Assembly: GCA_964500895.1 (NCBI GenBank)
Contig: CAZCQP010000001.1
Span: 46,721 to 110,720, forward strand
Reading direction: 5' to 3'
DNA length: 64,000 nucleotides
Origin: an uncultured Eubacteriales bacterium
Lineage (GTDB): Bacteria; Bacillota; Clostridia; Lachnospirales; JAISER01
Every line of letters starts with the position of its first letter. Position 1 is the stretch's first letter. This document shows positions 45,959 to 55,424 of the stretch, piece after piece. Under the pieces are notes generated by a model, which worked only from the letters and a program-made list of their open reading frames with translations, searched no databases and had not been told where the DNA came from. Position numbers and translations under genes: made by a program.

Positions 45959-46330
45959 GTGCCTTATGGGAAATGGATATACCCTGTTCTATCTGTAGCA
46001 TTTAATTTGGCTTGTATTCAAACCTTCAAAGCCGGCACTTCTTTTCCGTGGCTTATGCCAACCATATGGGCAGCGGCCTGCATCTTGCCCATATGGGGCA
46101 TCACCAGCGTAATTCTGGGCGGAATACAGTTGCACCCCATACATAGCGGGGTTTTAATTGGTGTGAACCTTTTATTAATGATTCCCCCAGTCTTTTGGAG
46201 CTGCCTAATCCTTATAGGGCTGGCTTTTGGTGGGTTACATGCAGCAAGCGCAATGGATAAGTTTACGGCCACAGCCGGCATGGCCATCCTTTGCTATATC
46301 CTGTACATGATTGTTCACTTTGCAAGCTAA
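45959..46330 (+). CDS. small integral membrane protein (about 4 TM segments)
   Basis: GTG at 45959 behind GAAGGAGG. 123-aa hydrophobic protein. Confidence 0.55.
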   Translation: MPYGKWIYPVLSVAFNLACIQTFKAGTSFPWLMPTIWAAACILPIWGITSVILGGIQLHPIHSGVLIGVNLLLMIPPVFWSCLILIGLAFGGLHAASAMDKFTATAGMAILCYILYMIVHFAS

Positions 46331-46348
46331 AACGAAGCAAGCCTAACT

Positions 46349-46383
46349 AAACGCCTTATTGGCCATGGCCGATGGGCGTTTTT
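46349..46383 (+). terminator. intrinsic terminator after the metal-cluster operon
   Basis: AACGCC..TTGGCCATGGCCGA..GGCGTT, then TTT. Confidence 0.7.
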
Positions 46384-46432
46384 GTCATACCATTTGCACA
46401 AGCACTTGTGGCATTTCACACGGGTACATTCC

Positions 46433-46461
46433 TTGACACCCAACAATTTTTGTGCTATACT
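46433..46461 (+). promoter_or_regulatory. sigma-A type promoter for gltS
   Basis: TTGACA, 17 nt spacer, TATACT, with TGc (extended -10). Confidence 0.6.
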
Positions 46462-46555
46462 TACAAAAATTGTCTGTTGCGTACATAAAATTTTGTCATA
46501 ACATAAACACCTACAGAACAGCAACAGATTGAATACATATTACCTGGAGGAAAAT

Positions 46556-47752
46556 ATGACCATTAAACTTGATCTTTACCAATCCGTTGCAATGGCTGTT
46601 ATTGTATTCTTTATTGGTTCTGTTGCCAAGCGGAAAGTGAAATTTTTTGAAAGATATTGCATTCCCGCTCCTGTTATCGGCGGTATTGCTTTTGCACTTG
46701 TCACCCTTACCCTAAACCTTACCAATGTCATGACCATCGAAACAGACGACACCATGCAAAAGGTTTTTATGACCTTGTTTTTTACAAGCATCGGTTTTAC
46801 CGCCAGCTTCAAACTGCTTAAAAAAGGCGGGCTTCAAGTGCTTATCTTTATTGGCATTTGCTCGCTGCTTGTTTTGTTTCAAAATCTTTTAGGCGTTTCC
46901 TTGGCCACCTTATTCGGGCTTGACCCGCTTCTGGGGCTTTGTACCGGCTCTATTTCCATGATCGGGGGCCATGGCACAGCAAGCTCTTTTGGTTCACTGT
47001 TCGATTCAATGGGTGTTACGGGGGCATCCACCGTTGCCGTTGCATCTGCCACCTTTGGGTTGGTTGTAGGCGGGATGTTAGGCGGCCCCATTGCCCACCG
47101 GTTAATTAGCAAGAACAAACTTGAAACGCCACTGCACACCACAGAAGACGGCGGCGATAAGCCCACCATTGCAGACTTTATCAGCCACATTTCCACCGAG
47201 AAAACGCTGAAAGCTTTTTCAATGCTTTTTCTTGCGGCGGGCTTGGGCAGCATCATTTCATCGCTGATTCAAATGACGAACATAACCTTTCCATCTTACA
47301 TAGGCGCCATGCTTGCTGCGGCTCTTATCCGAAATATAGCGGACGTAAGCGGGCAATTTGAAATTATGACGGACATTGTTGAAATGCTTGGTAATGTTTG
47401 TTTGTCGCTGTTTTTGTCCATGGCGTTAATGAGCCTAAAACTTTGGCAGCTTGCAGACTTGGCGCTGCCCCTTGTAATTATGCTTGCGGGTCAAGCCGTT
47501 TTAATGGCATTTTTCGCATACTTTGTAACCTATAACACCATGGGCAGAAACTATGAGTCGGCTGTTATCTCCTCGGCCAACTGCGGCTTCGGCATGGGGG
47601 CAACACCAAATGCCATTGCCAACATGCAAGCCATTACCTCTGTGTTTGGCCCTGCCCCACAAGCTTTCTTTATTGTTCCCCTTGTAGGCAGCCTATTTAT
47701 TGACTTTGCAAACGCCAGCATCTTGACCATATTTGTGAATGTGATTCAGTAG
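46556..47752 (+). CDS. gltS: sodium/glutamate symporter GltS family
   Basis: 398-aa polytopic protein. The N-terminus MTIKLDLYQSVAMAVIVFFIGSVAKRKVKFFERYCIPAPVIGG is typical of GltS. ATG behind GGAGGA. Confidence 0.88.
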   Translation: MTIKLDLYQSVAMAVIVFFIGSVAKRKVKFFERYCIPAPVIGGIAFALVTLTLNLTNVMTIETDDTMQKVFMTLFFTSIGFTASFKLLKKGGLQVLIFIGICSLLVLFQNLLGVSLATLFGLDPLLGLCTGSISMIGGHGTASSFGSLFDSMGVTGASTVAVASATFGLVVGGMLGGPIAHRLISKNKLETPLHTTEDGGDKPTIADFISHISTEKTLKAFSMLFLAAGLGSIISSLIQMTNITFPSYIGAMLAAALIRNIADVSGQFEIMTDIVEMLGNVCLSLFLSMALMSLKLWQLADLALPLVIMLAGQAVLMAFFAYFVTYNTMGRNYESAVISSANCGFGMGATPNAIANMQAITSVFGPAPQAFFIVPLVGSLFIDFANASILTIFVNVIQ

Positions 47753-47787
47753 GTTTACCTAAAGTTTTCAAAAAGGTGAAGTTTATC

Positions 47788-48201
47788 ATGAAAATGCCAC
47801 AAGAACCAATAGAAACGATTATGTTTGCCCCTTGTGGAATGAATTGCATGGTTTGCTATAAGCATTGCTATTCCAAAAAGCCATGTGCAGGTTGCCTCAG
47901 TAGCGATATGGGAAAACCAGAACACTGTCGCAAGTGCAAAATTAAAGACTGTGTTCGTAAAAAAGGTGTTTCTCATTGCTATGCATGTAGTGAGAACCCG
48001 TGCAAACAAATAAAAAGTCTTGAAAAAAGCTATAATTCCAGATATGGGGTAAGTCTTGTAAATAATAGTTTGTTTGTCAAAGAAAATGGATTGAATGCAT
48101 TTATGAAGCAGCAAAAAGAAAGATATACTTGTCCTAATTGTAGTGGAATAATTTCAATCCACGATTCAGCATGTAGTGAATGCCAACGGCGAACAAAATG
48201 A
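47788..48201 (+). CDS. Cys-rich DUF3795-like protein
   Basis: CGMNCMVCYKHC..CAGC..C..C..C and a C-terminal CPNC..CSEC. AT-rich. Confidence 0.55.
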   Translation: MKMPQEPIETIMFAPCGMNCMVCYKHCYSKKPCAGCLSSDMGKPEHCRKCKIKDCVRKKGVSHCYACSENPCKQIKSLEKSYNSRYGVSLVNNSLFVKENGLNAFMKQQKERYTCPNCSGIISIHDSACSECQRRTK

Positions 48202-48452
48202 TATTTAGCGTTGTTAACTTTTTTGACTTACAAGTACAAAGTTTTTTATTTCTGCTACGTTAGGGCTTCTTATAGCTACTGCTATCGTTGCCATGGTGTT
48301 CTATAAACGCAATACAAAATGAGTCTAACCCCCTGTTAGCTTTTTAGGCTCACAAGCACATAGCGCCAAAAGATTTTTTTCATCTTCTAAATGTTAATAT
48401 TTCACCATTTTTTGCCCTTTGCAAAAAATTACAAAAAATTTTAAAAAATCTA

Positions 48453-48481
48453 TTGACATATTCCAAAAGATAATCTATAAT
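48453..48481 (+). promoter_or_regulatory. consensus sigma-A promoter upstream of tRNA-Asp
   Basis: TTGACA (48453..48458), 17 nt spacer, TATAAT (48476..48481). Confidence 0.65.
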
Positions 48482-48553
48482 ACGTCATGTTGGCAACGCA
48501 AACGAAACAAAAACAAAAGCTTGAAAATAAGCGGTTGCCAAAAAGTTAAACGT

Positions 48554-48627
48554 GGTCCAATAGCTCAGTTGGTTAGAGCGCTGGCCTGTCACGCCAGAGG
48601 TCGAGGGTTCGAGCCCCTTTTGGATCG
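48554..48627 (+). tRNA. tRNA-Asp (anticodon GUC)
   Basis: Hand-folded cloverleaf. Acceptor GGTCCAA/TTGGATC, D arm GCTC..GAGC, anticodon arm CTGGC-CTGTCAC-GCCAG and T arm GAGGG-TTCGAGC-CCCTT. No encoded CCA. Confidence 0.9.
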
Positions 48628-48633
48628 GATGGT

Positions 48634-48666
48634 AAAAGCCTTATCCTATATCGGGGTAAGGCTTTT
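48634..48666 (+). terminator. intrinsic terminator after the tRNA
   Basis: AAAGCCTTATCC-loop-GGGGTAAGGCTTTTT. Confidence 0.8.
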
Positions 48667-48737
48667 TCTTTACCTATGATGCTTTTAAACTTTACCAATA
48701 TGGACTATACTTTATACATACACAACAGAGGTGTGCA

Positions 48738-49394
48738 GTGCGCAAAACACGCAATGAAGCAGAAGAAATTAAACGGCTGGAAGCCATGAGTATTTATGAA
48801 CAGGCCTGCTATGCAGAAGGGTTTCATTTAGCAGCCGGCATTGACGAGGCAGGCCGGGGGCCACTGGCCGGGCCAGTGGTGGCTTGTGCCCTTGTGTTGC
48901 CTTATGAGCGCCTGACCGATTGCTTTCTATATGAAGTGAATGACTCTAAAAAACTTTCCCCCAAAAAGCGGGAAATGTTGTGCCAGCAGATTTTAGAACA
49001 CGCCCTGTCTGTTTCTGTGGCAGAGGTGGATTGGGCCACCATAGACCACATCAACATTTTAAAGGCCACCCACCTGGCCATGGAAAAAGCGTTGCTTGGC
49101 CTGGACGTTACCCCAGGCGTTGCACTGGTAGATGGCTATGCCGTGCCCACATTACCCTTGCCCCAGAAAGCCATCGTGCAGGGGGACGCCAAAAGCGTCA
49201 CCATTGCCGCAGCCAGCATTGTAGCCAAAGTGAAGCGGGATGCCATGATGCAGCATTTTCATGAACAATACCCTCAATACGGCTTTAACCAGCACAAAGG
49301 CTACTGCACAAAAGCCCATGTTGCGGCCATTAAAGCTTATGGCCCCTGTCCTATACATAGGAAAACGTTTCTGAAGCGCATTTTGGCGGAGTGA
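48738..49394 (+). CDS. rnhB: ribonuclease HII
   Basis: GIDEAGRGPLAGPV, DSKKLS and the overall RNase HII pattern. Confidence 0.93.
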   Translation: MRKTRNEAEEIKRLEAMSIYEQACYAEGFHLAAGIDEAGRGPLAGPVVACALVLPYERLTDCFLYEVNDSKKLSPKKREMLCQQILEHALSVSVAEVDWATIDHINILKATHLAMEKALLGLDVTPGVALVDGYAVPTLPLPQKAIVQGDAKSVTIAAASIVAKVKRDAMMQHFHEQYPQYGFNQHKGYCTKAHVAAIKAYGPCPIHRKTFLKRILAE

Positions 49395-49398
49395 TGAT

Positions 49399-50508
49399 AT
49401 GGTGCAGAAAAAAAACATTGGTACCCTAGCAGCCGGGGAACGGTTCAATGCCCAGATTATGGATATTCATCAGAACCAGGTGACCTTAAAGCTTGCCGGT
49501 TCAGGCCATATATTCAACGCCCGGTCTTTGGTGCTGCCGGATGCACGCATTGGGGATATGAGCACTTTTCTGGTGAAGGAAAACAACCGGGGGCAAATTA
49601 TGCTGGAAATGGTCAAGCCTTTCGGGGACAGCCGCCAGCAAGCCGCAGCAGAGGCTTTAAGCCATACCGGGCTTATGGCCACAGAAGAAAACGTGAAAAA
49701 AGTGCTGTTTCTGCTTGAAGAAAACTTTCCCATAAACGAAAGCCAGGTGGCCGCTTTAAACCGGTTTTTAAGCCGAACATGCCCCATCCACCAGTGCTTT
49801 GAAAAGCTATTGTCAGCCATTGAGGGAATGCCGGATGAAACACAGCAAACTTTATTGCTGAACTGTTTATCCGACGGCCAACAACAAACAACCCAAGCCA
49901 TTAGGGAATCCTTTTATGTGAATTTACTGCAAAAGGGCGATAACCGTCCAGCCATGCACCGTTTCTTGTTTGGGCATTACAAAAGCTGGTTGGTAAAATT
50001 GGAGAGTTTGTTAAAAGCTTTAGAAACCCTCCCCTCCCCCCCTGCCATTGCGGAACATGCTTTGTTGATGAAGGAACAAATGCTGTTTATGGCACACATC
50101 AGCCGATACAGGCGTGTGGCACATATTCCTTTTCAGGTGGAAGGGAACAAAACTTTAGGAGAACTGGTGGTGTTCAAAAACCCAGAAGTACCCCACCGCC
50201 AAAAAGATTGCAGCCTGATGATTGGGGTAGACACCCTTCAGTTAGGCCGGATGGAAGCCTTTATCACCCGGCAAGCACAGCTTTTGACCATACAGTTTAA
50301 AATGGCCGAAACAAAACATCTGGCTTTTATAGAAGCACAGTGCCAACACCTGGCCGAACTATTAAGGCCCCTGGGGTTCCAGACACACATTTTGCCCCCT
50401 GTGCCCATAGAGACACCTTTTTCTTTAATAGACCGAAACATTCCGACTATAAATGGGGAAAAAAGTAAAAAATCCCAAAAAAGGTATTCCTTTGATATGA
50501 GGGTGTGA
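49399..50508 (+). CDS. YlqG-like hypothetical protein with FliK-C-like domain
   Basis: 369 aa. The C-terminal VDTLQLGRMEAFITRQAQLLTIQFKMAETKHLAFIEAQCQHLAELLRPLGFQ follows the Flg_hook pattern. Its position after rnhB and before a FlhB-C-like gene mirrors B. subtilis ylqG-ylqH. Confidence 0.55.
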   Translation: MVQKKNIGTLAAGERFNAQIMDIHQNQVTLKLAGSGHIFNARSLVLPDARIGDMSTFLVKENNRGQIMLEMVKPFGDSRQQAAAEALSHTGLMATEENVKKVLFLLEENFPINESQVAALNRFLSRTCPIHQCFEKLLSAIEGMPDETQQTLLLNCLSDGQQQTTQAIRESFYVNLLQKGDNRPAMHRFLFGHYKSWLVKLESLLKALETLPSPPAIAEHALLMKEQMLFMAHISRYRRVAHIPFQVEGNKTLGELVVFKNPEVPHRQKDCSLMIGVDTLQLGRMEAFITRQAQLLTIQFKMAETKHLAFIEAQCQHLAELLRPLGFQTHILPPVPIETPFSLIDRNIPTINGEKSKKSQKRYSFDMRV

Positions 50509-50512
50509 TATA

Positions 50513-50821
50513 ATGAAGGAACATAAACGGATTGACCCTAACCAAAAGGCGGTGGCCATTCAATATAACCCAGACGTTGTGGCCCCGCAAGTGGTGGCCA
50601 AGGGCAAAGGGTACGTGGCGGAAAAGCTTTTGGAAAAAGGAGCTAAACACCACATACCCACCTATCAAGATGCCAAGCTGGCAGAGGAACTTTTGGCCGT
50701 AGACTTGGGGAATTTTATTCCGCCGGAACTTTACGAGGTGGTGGCGCAGGTGCTTGTGTTCATCAATGATTTGGATAAACTGGAGGTGTACCGCCAACAT
50801 GGCCAAAAAAAAGAGCGCTAA
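50513..50821 (+). CDS. FlhB C-terminal domain-like protein (YlqH/EscU-YscU-HrcU family fragment)
   Basis: 102 aa. AVAIQYNPDVVAPQVVAKGKGYVAEKLLEKGAKHHIPTYQDAKLAEEL is the conserved FlhB cytoplasmic-domain core. Confidence 0.8.
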   Translation: MKEHKRIDPNQKAVAIQYNPDVVAPQVVAKGKGYVAEKLLEKGAKHHIPTYQDAKLAEELLAVDLGNFIPPELYEVVAQVLVFINDLDKLEVYRQHGQKKER

Positions 50822-51170
50822 AGGATATTGGGGTGACGTAGGCGAAACCGTGGTTTCATCCTATTTAGATGGGAAAAACATGTCTATCCAGTGCACCAAC
50901 TACCGCTGCCCTGCTGGAGAAATTGACTTGGTGGCTAAAGACGGCACATACACCGTATTTGTTGAAGTTAAATATAGAAAAAATTTGTCTTTTGGTTTGC
51001 CCAGAGAAGCTGTTGGCTATAAAAAGCAACAAAAGATAAAACAATCCGTCTTATATTACATGGCAGAGCACCAGTTAGCAGACCAAGACATGCGTTTTGA
51101 TGTGGTGGAAGTATACGGCAACGACAGTATGCGCATTAACCACATTGAAAACGCCTTTGCGTATGCGTAA
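50799..51170 (+). CDS. yraN: YraN-family (UPF0102) endonuclease-like protein
   Basis: GEIDLVAKDGTYTVFVEVKYR and RFDVVEV. ATG behind GGAGGTG. Confidence 0.85.
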   Translation: MAKKKSAKGYWGDVGETVVSSYLDGKNMSIQCTNYRCPAGEIDLVAKDGTYTVFVEVKYRKNLSFGLPREAVGYKKQQKIKQSVLYYMAEHQLADQDMRFDVVEVYGNDSMRINHIENAFAYA

Positions 51171-52023
51171 GGGAAATGACCATGCCGCAACGGCTTTGGT
51201 TCGGCATGATACAAACAATGGCGTATCTTTTTTTGGTTTTGACCACTTTGAACAAACCGGGATAGTTGCCCATGGGTTTTCCACCCGACTGGGGGGCACA
51301 TCCACTGGCGTATGCAGCACCATGAACTTAAGTTTTGGGCGGGAAGACAATAGAGAAAATGTGGCCGCTAATTTCAGACTAATGGGCCAAGCCATCGGCT
51401 TCAACCCGGATAGCTTGACTTTTTCATGGCAAACGCATGAAACACAGGTTTGCCATGTTACCGCTGAACACAAAGGCAACGGCTTTTTAAGAAAGAACAG
51501 CCTGGAAGGCTACGATGCATTAACCACCAACACTCGGGGGGTTACGTTAACCACCTTTCACGCCGATTGCGTGCCCTTGTTTTTTGTAGACCCCCAGGCC
51601 AAAGCCATCGGCTTGGCCCATGCCGGGTGGCGGGGCACACTGGGGGCCATTGGCCCGGCCGTTGTGGAAAAGATGACGGCCATGTTCGGTTGCCAGCCGC
51701 AGCATATTTTGGCGGGCATTGGCCCTTCCATTGGGCCGTGCTGTTTTGAGGTGGACAGACCAGTGGCAGCGCTGTTTTTGGAGCAACACCCTTGGAGCAA
51801 AGATTTTGTGATTGCACACCCCCAAGACGGTAAGTTTCACATTGACTTATGGGCCATTAATCGGCGCTTGCTTATAGACAAAGGGCTGCTGCCAGCGCAT
51901 GTGAAAGGGCAAGAAAAGGGCCACGAAATATGTACCCAATGCCACCCAGACTTGTTTTTCTCCCACCGTTTCCATGGTGAAAACCGAGGAAGCATGGCGG
52001 CGTTTCTGGAACTAAAACCATAG
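51163..52023 (+). CDS. pgeF: peptidoglycan editing factor PgeF / YfiH (laccase-domain) family
   Basis: HGFSTRLGGTS, DALTTN..HADCVPLFF and HAGWRGT. Its start overlaps the yraN stop (ATGCGTAA). Confidence 0.88.
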   Translation: MRKGNDHAATALVRHDTNNGVSFFGFDHFEQTGIVAHGFSTRLGGTSTGVCSTMNLSFGREDNRENVAANFRLMGQAIGFNPDSLTFSWQTHETQVCHVTAEHKGNGFLRKNSLEGYDALTTNTRGVTLTTFHADCVPLFFVDPQAKAIGLAHAGWRGTLGAIGPAVVEKMTAMFGCQPQHILAGIGPSIGPCCFEVDRPVAALFLEQHPWSKDFVIAHPQDGKFHIDLWAINRRLLIDKGLLPAHVKGQEKGHEICTQCHPDLFFSHRFHGENRGSMAAFLELKP

Positions 52024-52065
52024 ATTTACGTCAAGTATAAATATGTATAAGATATAGGAGCAACG

Positions 52066-53367
52066 ATGAAAAATAAAGTGATACACATAGAAGAAGACAG
52101 CATCGCCCAAGAACTGGGCATAGAACCCGGGGATTACCTGGTGTCCATCAACGGCCGGCCTGTGCAGGACGTGTTCGACTACCGCTATTTGTTGCAGGAC
52201 GAATTTGTGGAGGTGCTGATGGAAACCCCAGACGGGGAACAGGTGCTGCTTGAAATTGATAAGGAACCTTATGAAGATTTAGGCCTTGTTTTTGATTCTG
52301 GGCTGATGGACAAAAGCAAAGGCTGCGCCAACAAGTGCATTTTTTGCTTCATTGACCAGCTGCCCAAAAACATGCGCAAAACCCTGTATTTTAAAGATGA
52401 TGACCCCCGCCTTTCATTCCTACAAGGCAATTACGTCACCTTAACCAACTTAACCCCGGAGGCACTGGAACGGGTGCTTTACTACCATTTGTCACCCATC
52501 AACATTTCTGTGCACACCACAGACCCCACATTGCGGGTGGACATGCTGGGTAACCCTAAAGCGGCACAGCTTCCCGAACTGTTGGACAAGCTGCAACAGG
52601 CGGGCATCCAAATGAATTACCAGGTGGTGTTGTGCAAAGGGGTTAACGATGGGGCGCAACTAGACAAAACCATTGAAGATTTAAGCCGGTACTACCCCCA
52701 AGGTGGCAGCTTATCTGTGGTTCCTGTAGGGCTTACCCGCTTCCGGGAAGGCTTAACGGACTTACCTCCTTTTACAAAGGAAGACAGCCAGGCCGTGCTT
52801 CGCCAGTTAAAGGCGTGGCAGAAAAAACTTAAAAAAGAACTGGGCACCTCCTTTGTATATGCCGCCGATGAATTTTATTTAAAAGCAGAGGAAAAACTGC
52901 CCACCTATGCCCATTACGAAGACTTTCCCCAAATAGAAAACGGTGTGGGCATGTTGGCGCTGTTTGAACGAGAACTTCAAAAGGCACTGAAAAAGCCCCC
53001 TGCCCTGAAAGAAAGTGTGCAGGTTTCTGTGGTTACTGGTTTGGCAGCCAAGTGTTTCATGGATGAGCAAGCCGCCAAAATTACAGAGAAACTGCCGGAA
53101 GCCCATATTCAAGTATTTGCGGTAGAAAATCACTTTTTTGGGGAACATATTACTGTAGCCGGGCTTTTAACCGGCCAGGATATTTTGGCACAATTAAAGT
53201 GCAAACCCCTGGGGGATGTTGTGCTTATTCCCCAAAACGCCTTAAAAGCAGAAGAAACTGTGTTTTTAGATGACATGACGGTGGAACAACTGGAAGAAGC
53301 GCTGGGGATAACGGTACGCATTGTGCCGGTAACCGGCGAGGATTTTCTGGCCCACATTTGCCAATAA
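52066..53367 (+). CDS. PDZ plus radical-SAM-like DUF512 protein
   Basis: N-terminal PDZ (GIEPGDYLVSINGRPV), a CxxxCxxC cluster (CANKCIFC) and a DUF512-type C-terminus. Conserved position upstream of der. Confidence 0.8.
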   Translation: MKNKVIHIEEDSIAQELGIEPGDYLVSINGRPVQDVFDYRYLLQDEFVEVLMETPDGEQVLLEIDKEPYEDLGLVFDSGLMDKSKGCANKCIFCFIDQLPKNMRKTLYFKDDDPRLSFLQGNYVTLTNLTPEALERVLYYHLSPINISVHTTDPTLRVDMLGNPKAAQLPELLDKLQQAGIQMNYQVVLCKGVNDGAQLDKTIEDLSRYYPQGGSLSVVPVGLTRFREGLTDLPPFTKEDSQAVLRQLKAWQKKLKKELGTSFVYAADEFYLKAEEKLPTYAHYEDFPQIENGVGMLALFERELQKALKKPPALKESVQVSVVTGLAAKCFMDEQAAKITEKLPEAHIQVFAVENHFFGEHITVAGLLTGQDILAQLKCKPLGDVVLIPQNALKAEETVFLDDMTVEQLEEALGITVRIVPVTGEDFLAHICQ

Positions 53368-53423
53368 ATAAATGCTATTATTATCAATGATATTATAAGG
53401 AATAGAACATAAGGAGAACAACC

Positions 53424-54743
53424 ATGCCAAGACCCATTGTGGCCATTGTAGGCCGCCCAAATGTAGGCAAATCTACATTATTTAATAAACTGGCCGGAGA
53501 GCGCATTGCAATTGTGGAAGATACCCCAGGGGTAACCCGGGACCGTATTTATGCCGATGCAGAATGGCTCTCCCACGACTTCACCCTCATTGACACCGGC
53601 GGGCTAGAGCCGGAAACAGACGACATCATCATGCGGCAAATGTTTAACCAGGCGGAAATCGCCATGGAAACCGCCCATGTTATTTTGTTTGTGGTAGACA
53701 TTAAAACCGGCGTTACAGACGCAGACTTGCAAGTAGCCAACAGGCTGCGGCGCACCAAAAAGCCTATTGTGCTTACGGTGAACAAAGTGGACGACATGCG
53801 CCGTGAAAACCTGGACGTGTACGAGTTTTATTCTCTTGGTCTGGGCAACCCCGTTCCCATTTCCGCCGGACAGGCGCTGGGGCTGGGAGACTTGCTGGAC
53901 GAAGTGGTATCCCATTTTCCGGAAAAAGATGGGTCAGAGGAAGAAGAAGACATCATTAAAGTAGCGGTGGTGGGAAAACCCAATGCCGGCAAATCTTCCT
54001 TAATTAATCAGATTCTTGGAGAAGAGCGGCTTATTGTGAGCAACATTCCCGGCACCACCCGGGATGCCATTGATACGCTGACTGAACGCAATGGCCAAAA
54101 GTTTATGTTTATAGACACCGCTGGCATTCGCCGGAAAAGCAAGATTAAGGAAAACATTGAACGGTACAGCATTGTACGGGCTGTGGCAGCTGTGGAGCGG
54201 GCAGACGTGTGCATCATGCTTATTGATGCCACAGAAAACGTCACAGAGCAAGACACCAAGATTGCGGGCATTGCCCATGAACGGGGCAAAGCCGCTATTA
54301 TTGTTGTGAATAAATGGGACTTGGTGGAAAAAGACCATAAAACTATGGATAACTATTCCAAAGAGCTGGACAAAGCCCTGGGTTACATGCCTTATGCCCC
54401 AAAACTGTTTATTTCTGCATTAACCGGGCAACGGGTGCATAAGCTGTTTGACATGGTGTATTCTGTGTTCCAAAACTCTTCCATGCGGGTGGCCACCGGT
54501 GTTTTAAATGACGTGCTCATTGAAGCCATGGCCATGAATCAGCCGCCAGCCCACCGGGGCAGACCGCTACGCATTTACTACATGACCCAAGTGTCTGTGA
54601 AACCGCCTACATTTGTGCTGTTTGTGAATGATAGAGAACTGTTGCATTATTCCTATAAACGTTATATCGAAAACCAATTGCGGGATGCCTTTGGTTTTAA
54701 AGGTACGCCCATACACTTCATTGTGCGCAACAAAAACGACTAG
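53424..54743 (+). CDS. der: ribosome biogenesis GTPase Der (EngA)
   Basis: Two G domains ([13 protein letters not shown] and [17 protein letters not shown]) plus a KH-like C-terminus. Confidence 0.96.
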   Translation: MPRPIVAIVGRPNVGKSTLFNKLAGERIAIVEDTPGVTRDRIYADAEWLSHDFTLIDTGGLEPETDDIIMRQMFNQAEIAMETAHVILFVVDIKTGVTDADLQVANRLRRTKKPIVLTVNKVDDMRRENLDVYEFYSLGLGNPVPISAGQALGLGDLLDEVVSHFPEKDGSEEEEDIIKVAVVGKPNAGKSSLINQILGEERLIVSNIPGTTRDAIDTLTERNGQKFMFIDTAGIRRKSKIKENIERYSIVRAVAAVERADVCIMLIDATENVTEQDTKIAGIAHERGKAAIIVVNKWDLVEKDHKTMDNYSKELDKALGYMPYAPKLFISALTGQRVHKLFDMVYSVFQNSSMRVATGVLNDVLIEAMAMNQPPAHRGRPLRIYYMTQVSVKPPTFVLFVNDRELLHYSYKRYIENQLRDAFGFKGTPIHFIVRNKND

Positions 54744-54752
54744 AAGGCAGGG

Positions 54753-55403
54753 GTGGATGAAAGAAACATGTTCAGAGTATGGTGCATTTTAATTGGCTAC
54801 GCCATTGGCTGTGTGCAAACCGCCTACCTTATTGGCAGGTTTGTGAAGAAAATAGACATTCGGGAGCATGGCAGTGGAAATGCAGGTACCACCAATACCT
54901 TTCGTGTCATGGGCAAACGGCTGGGTGCCCTGGTATTTTTATGCGATGTATTAAAAGGCGCAGTGGGTTACGTCCTTTGCAGCCTGCTTTTTGACGGCAG
55001 CGGCATTTGCTTTACCGGTGCATTGGGGTTACTTCCTGGGTTATACGCCGGGCTTGGTGTGGTGCTGGGGCACGATTTTCCATTTTACATGGGCTTTAAA
55101 GGCGGGAAAGGCATTGCCTCCACATTAGGGGTAATTGCCTGTATTCAATGGCAAGTGGCCGCTATAGACTTTCTCACCGGCATCGGCATGGTGGTAACCA
55201 CCCGCATTGTGTCCATTACATCGTTATGGATGCTGGGCCTTTTCCCTATTTTACTGCTGGTTTACGGGCATTCTAAAGAAGCTGTGGGCATTGGTTTTGT
55301 TCTGGCTATTATTGCTTATGTCCAGCACAGAGGGAACATTGTTCGGCTGGTACAGGGCAATGAACGAAAAATTGTTTTGAAGAAAAAGGAGAGGCAAAAC
55401 TAA
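54753..55403 (+). CDS. plsY: glycerol-3-phosphate acyltransferase PlsY
   Basis: HGSGNAGTTN, GKGIA and a polytopic membrane profile. The start is either the GTG at 54753 or the ATG at 54768. Confidence 0.9.
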   Translation: MDERNMFRVWCILIGYAIGCVQTAYLIGRFVKKIDIREHGSGNAGTTNTFRVMGKRLGALVFLCDVLKGAVGYVLCSLLFDGSGICFTGALGLLPGLYAGLGVVLGHDFPFYMGFKGGKGIASTLGVIACIQWQVAAIDFLTGIGMVVTTRIVSITSLWMLGLFPILLLVYGHSKEAVGIGFVLAIIAYVQHRGNIVRLVQGNERKIVLKKKERQN

Positions 55404-55424
55404 AGTGTGAAGGGAGTATGGCAC

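Noticed and set aside
48228-48323. A membrane-anchor-like reading frame ending ..LGLLIATAIVAMVFYKRNTK*.
   Set aside because: It has no start codon (a TGA lies immediately upstream) and no RBS, and it is too short for a domain call. It is mentioned only as a possible gene remnant and is not annotated.
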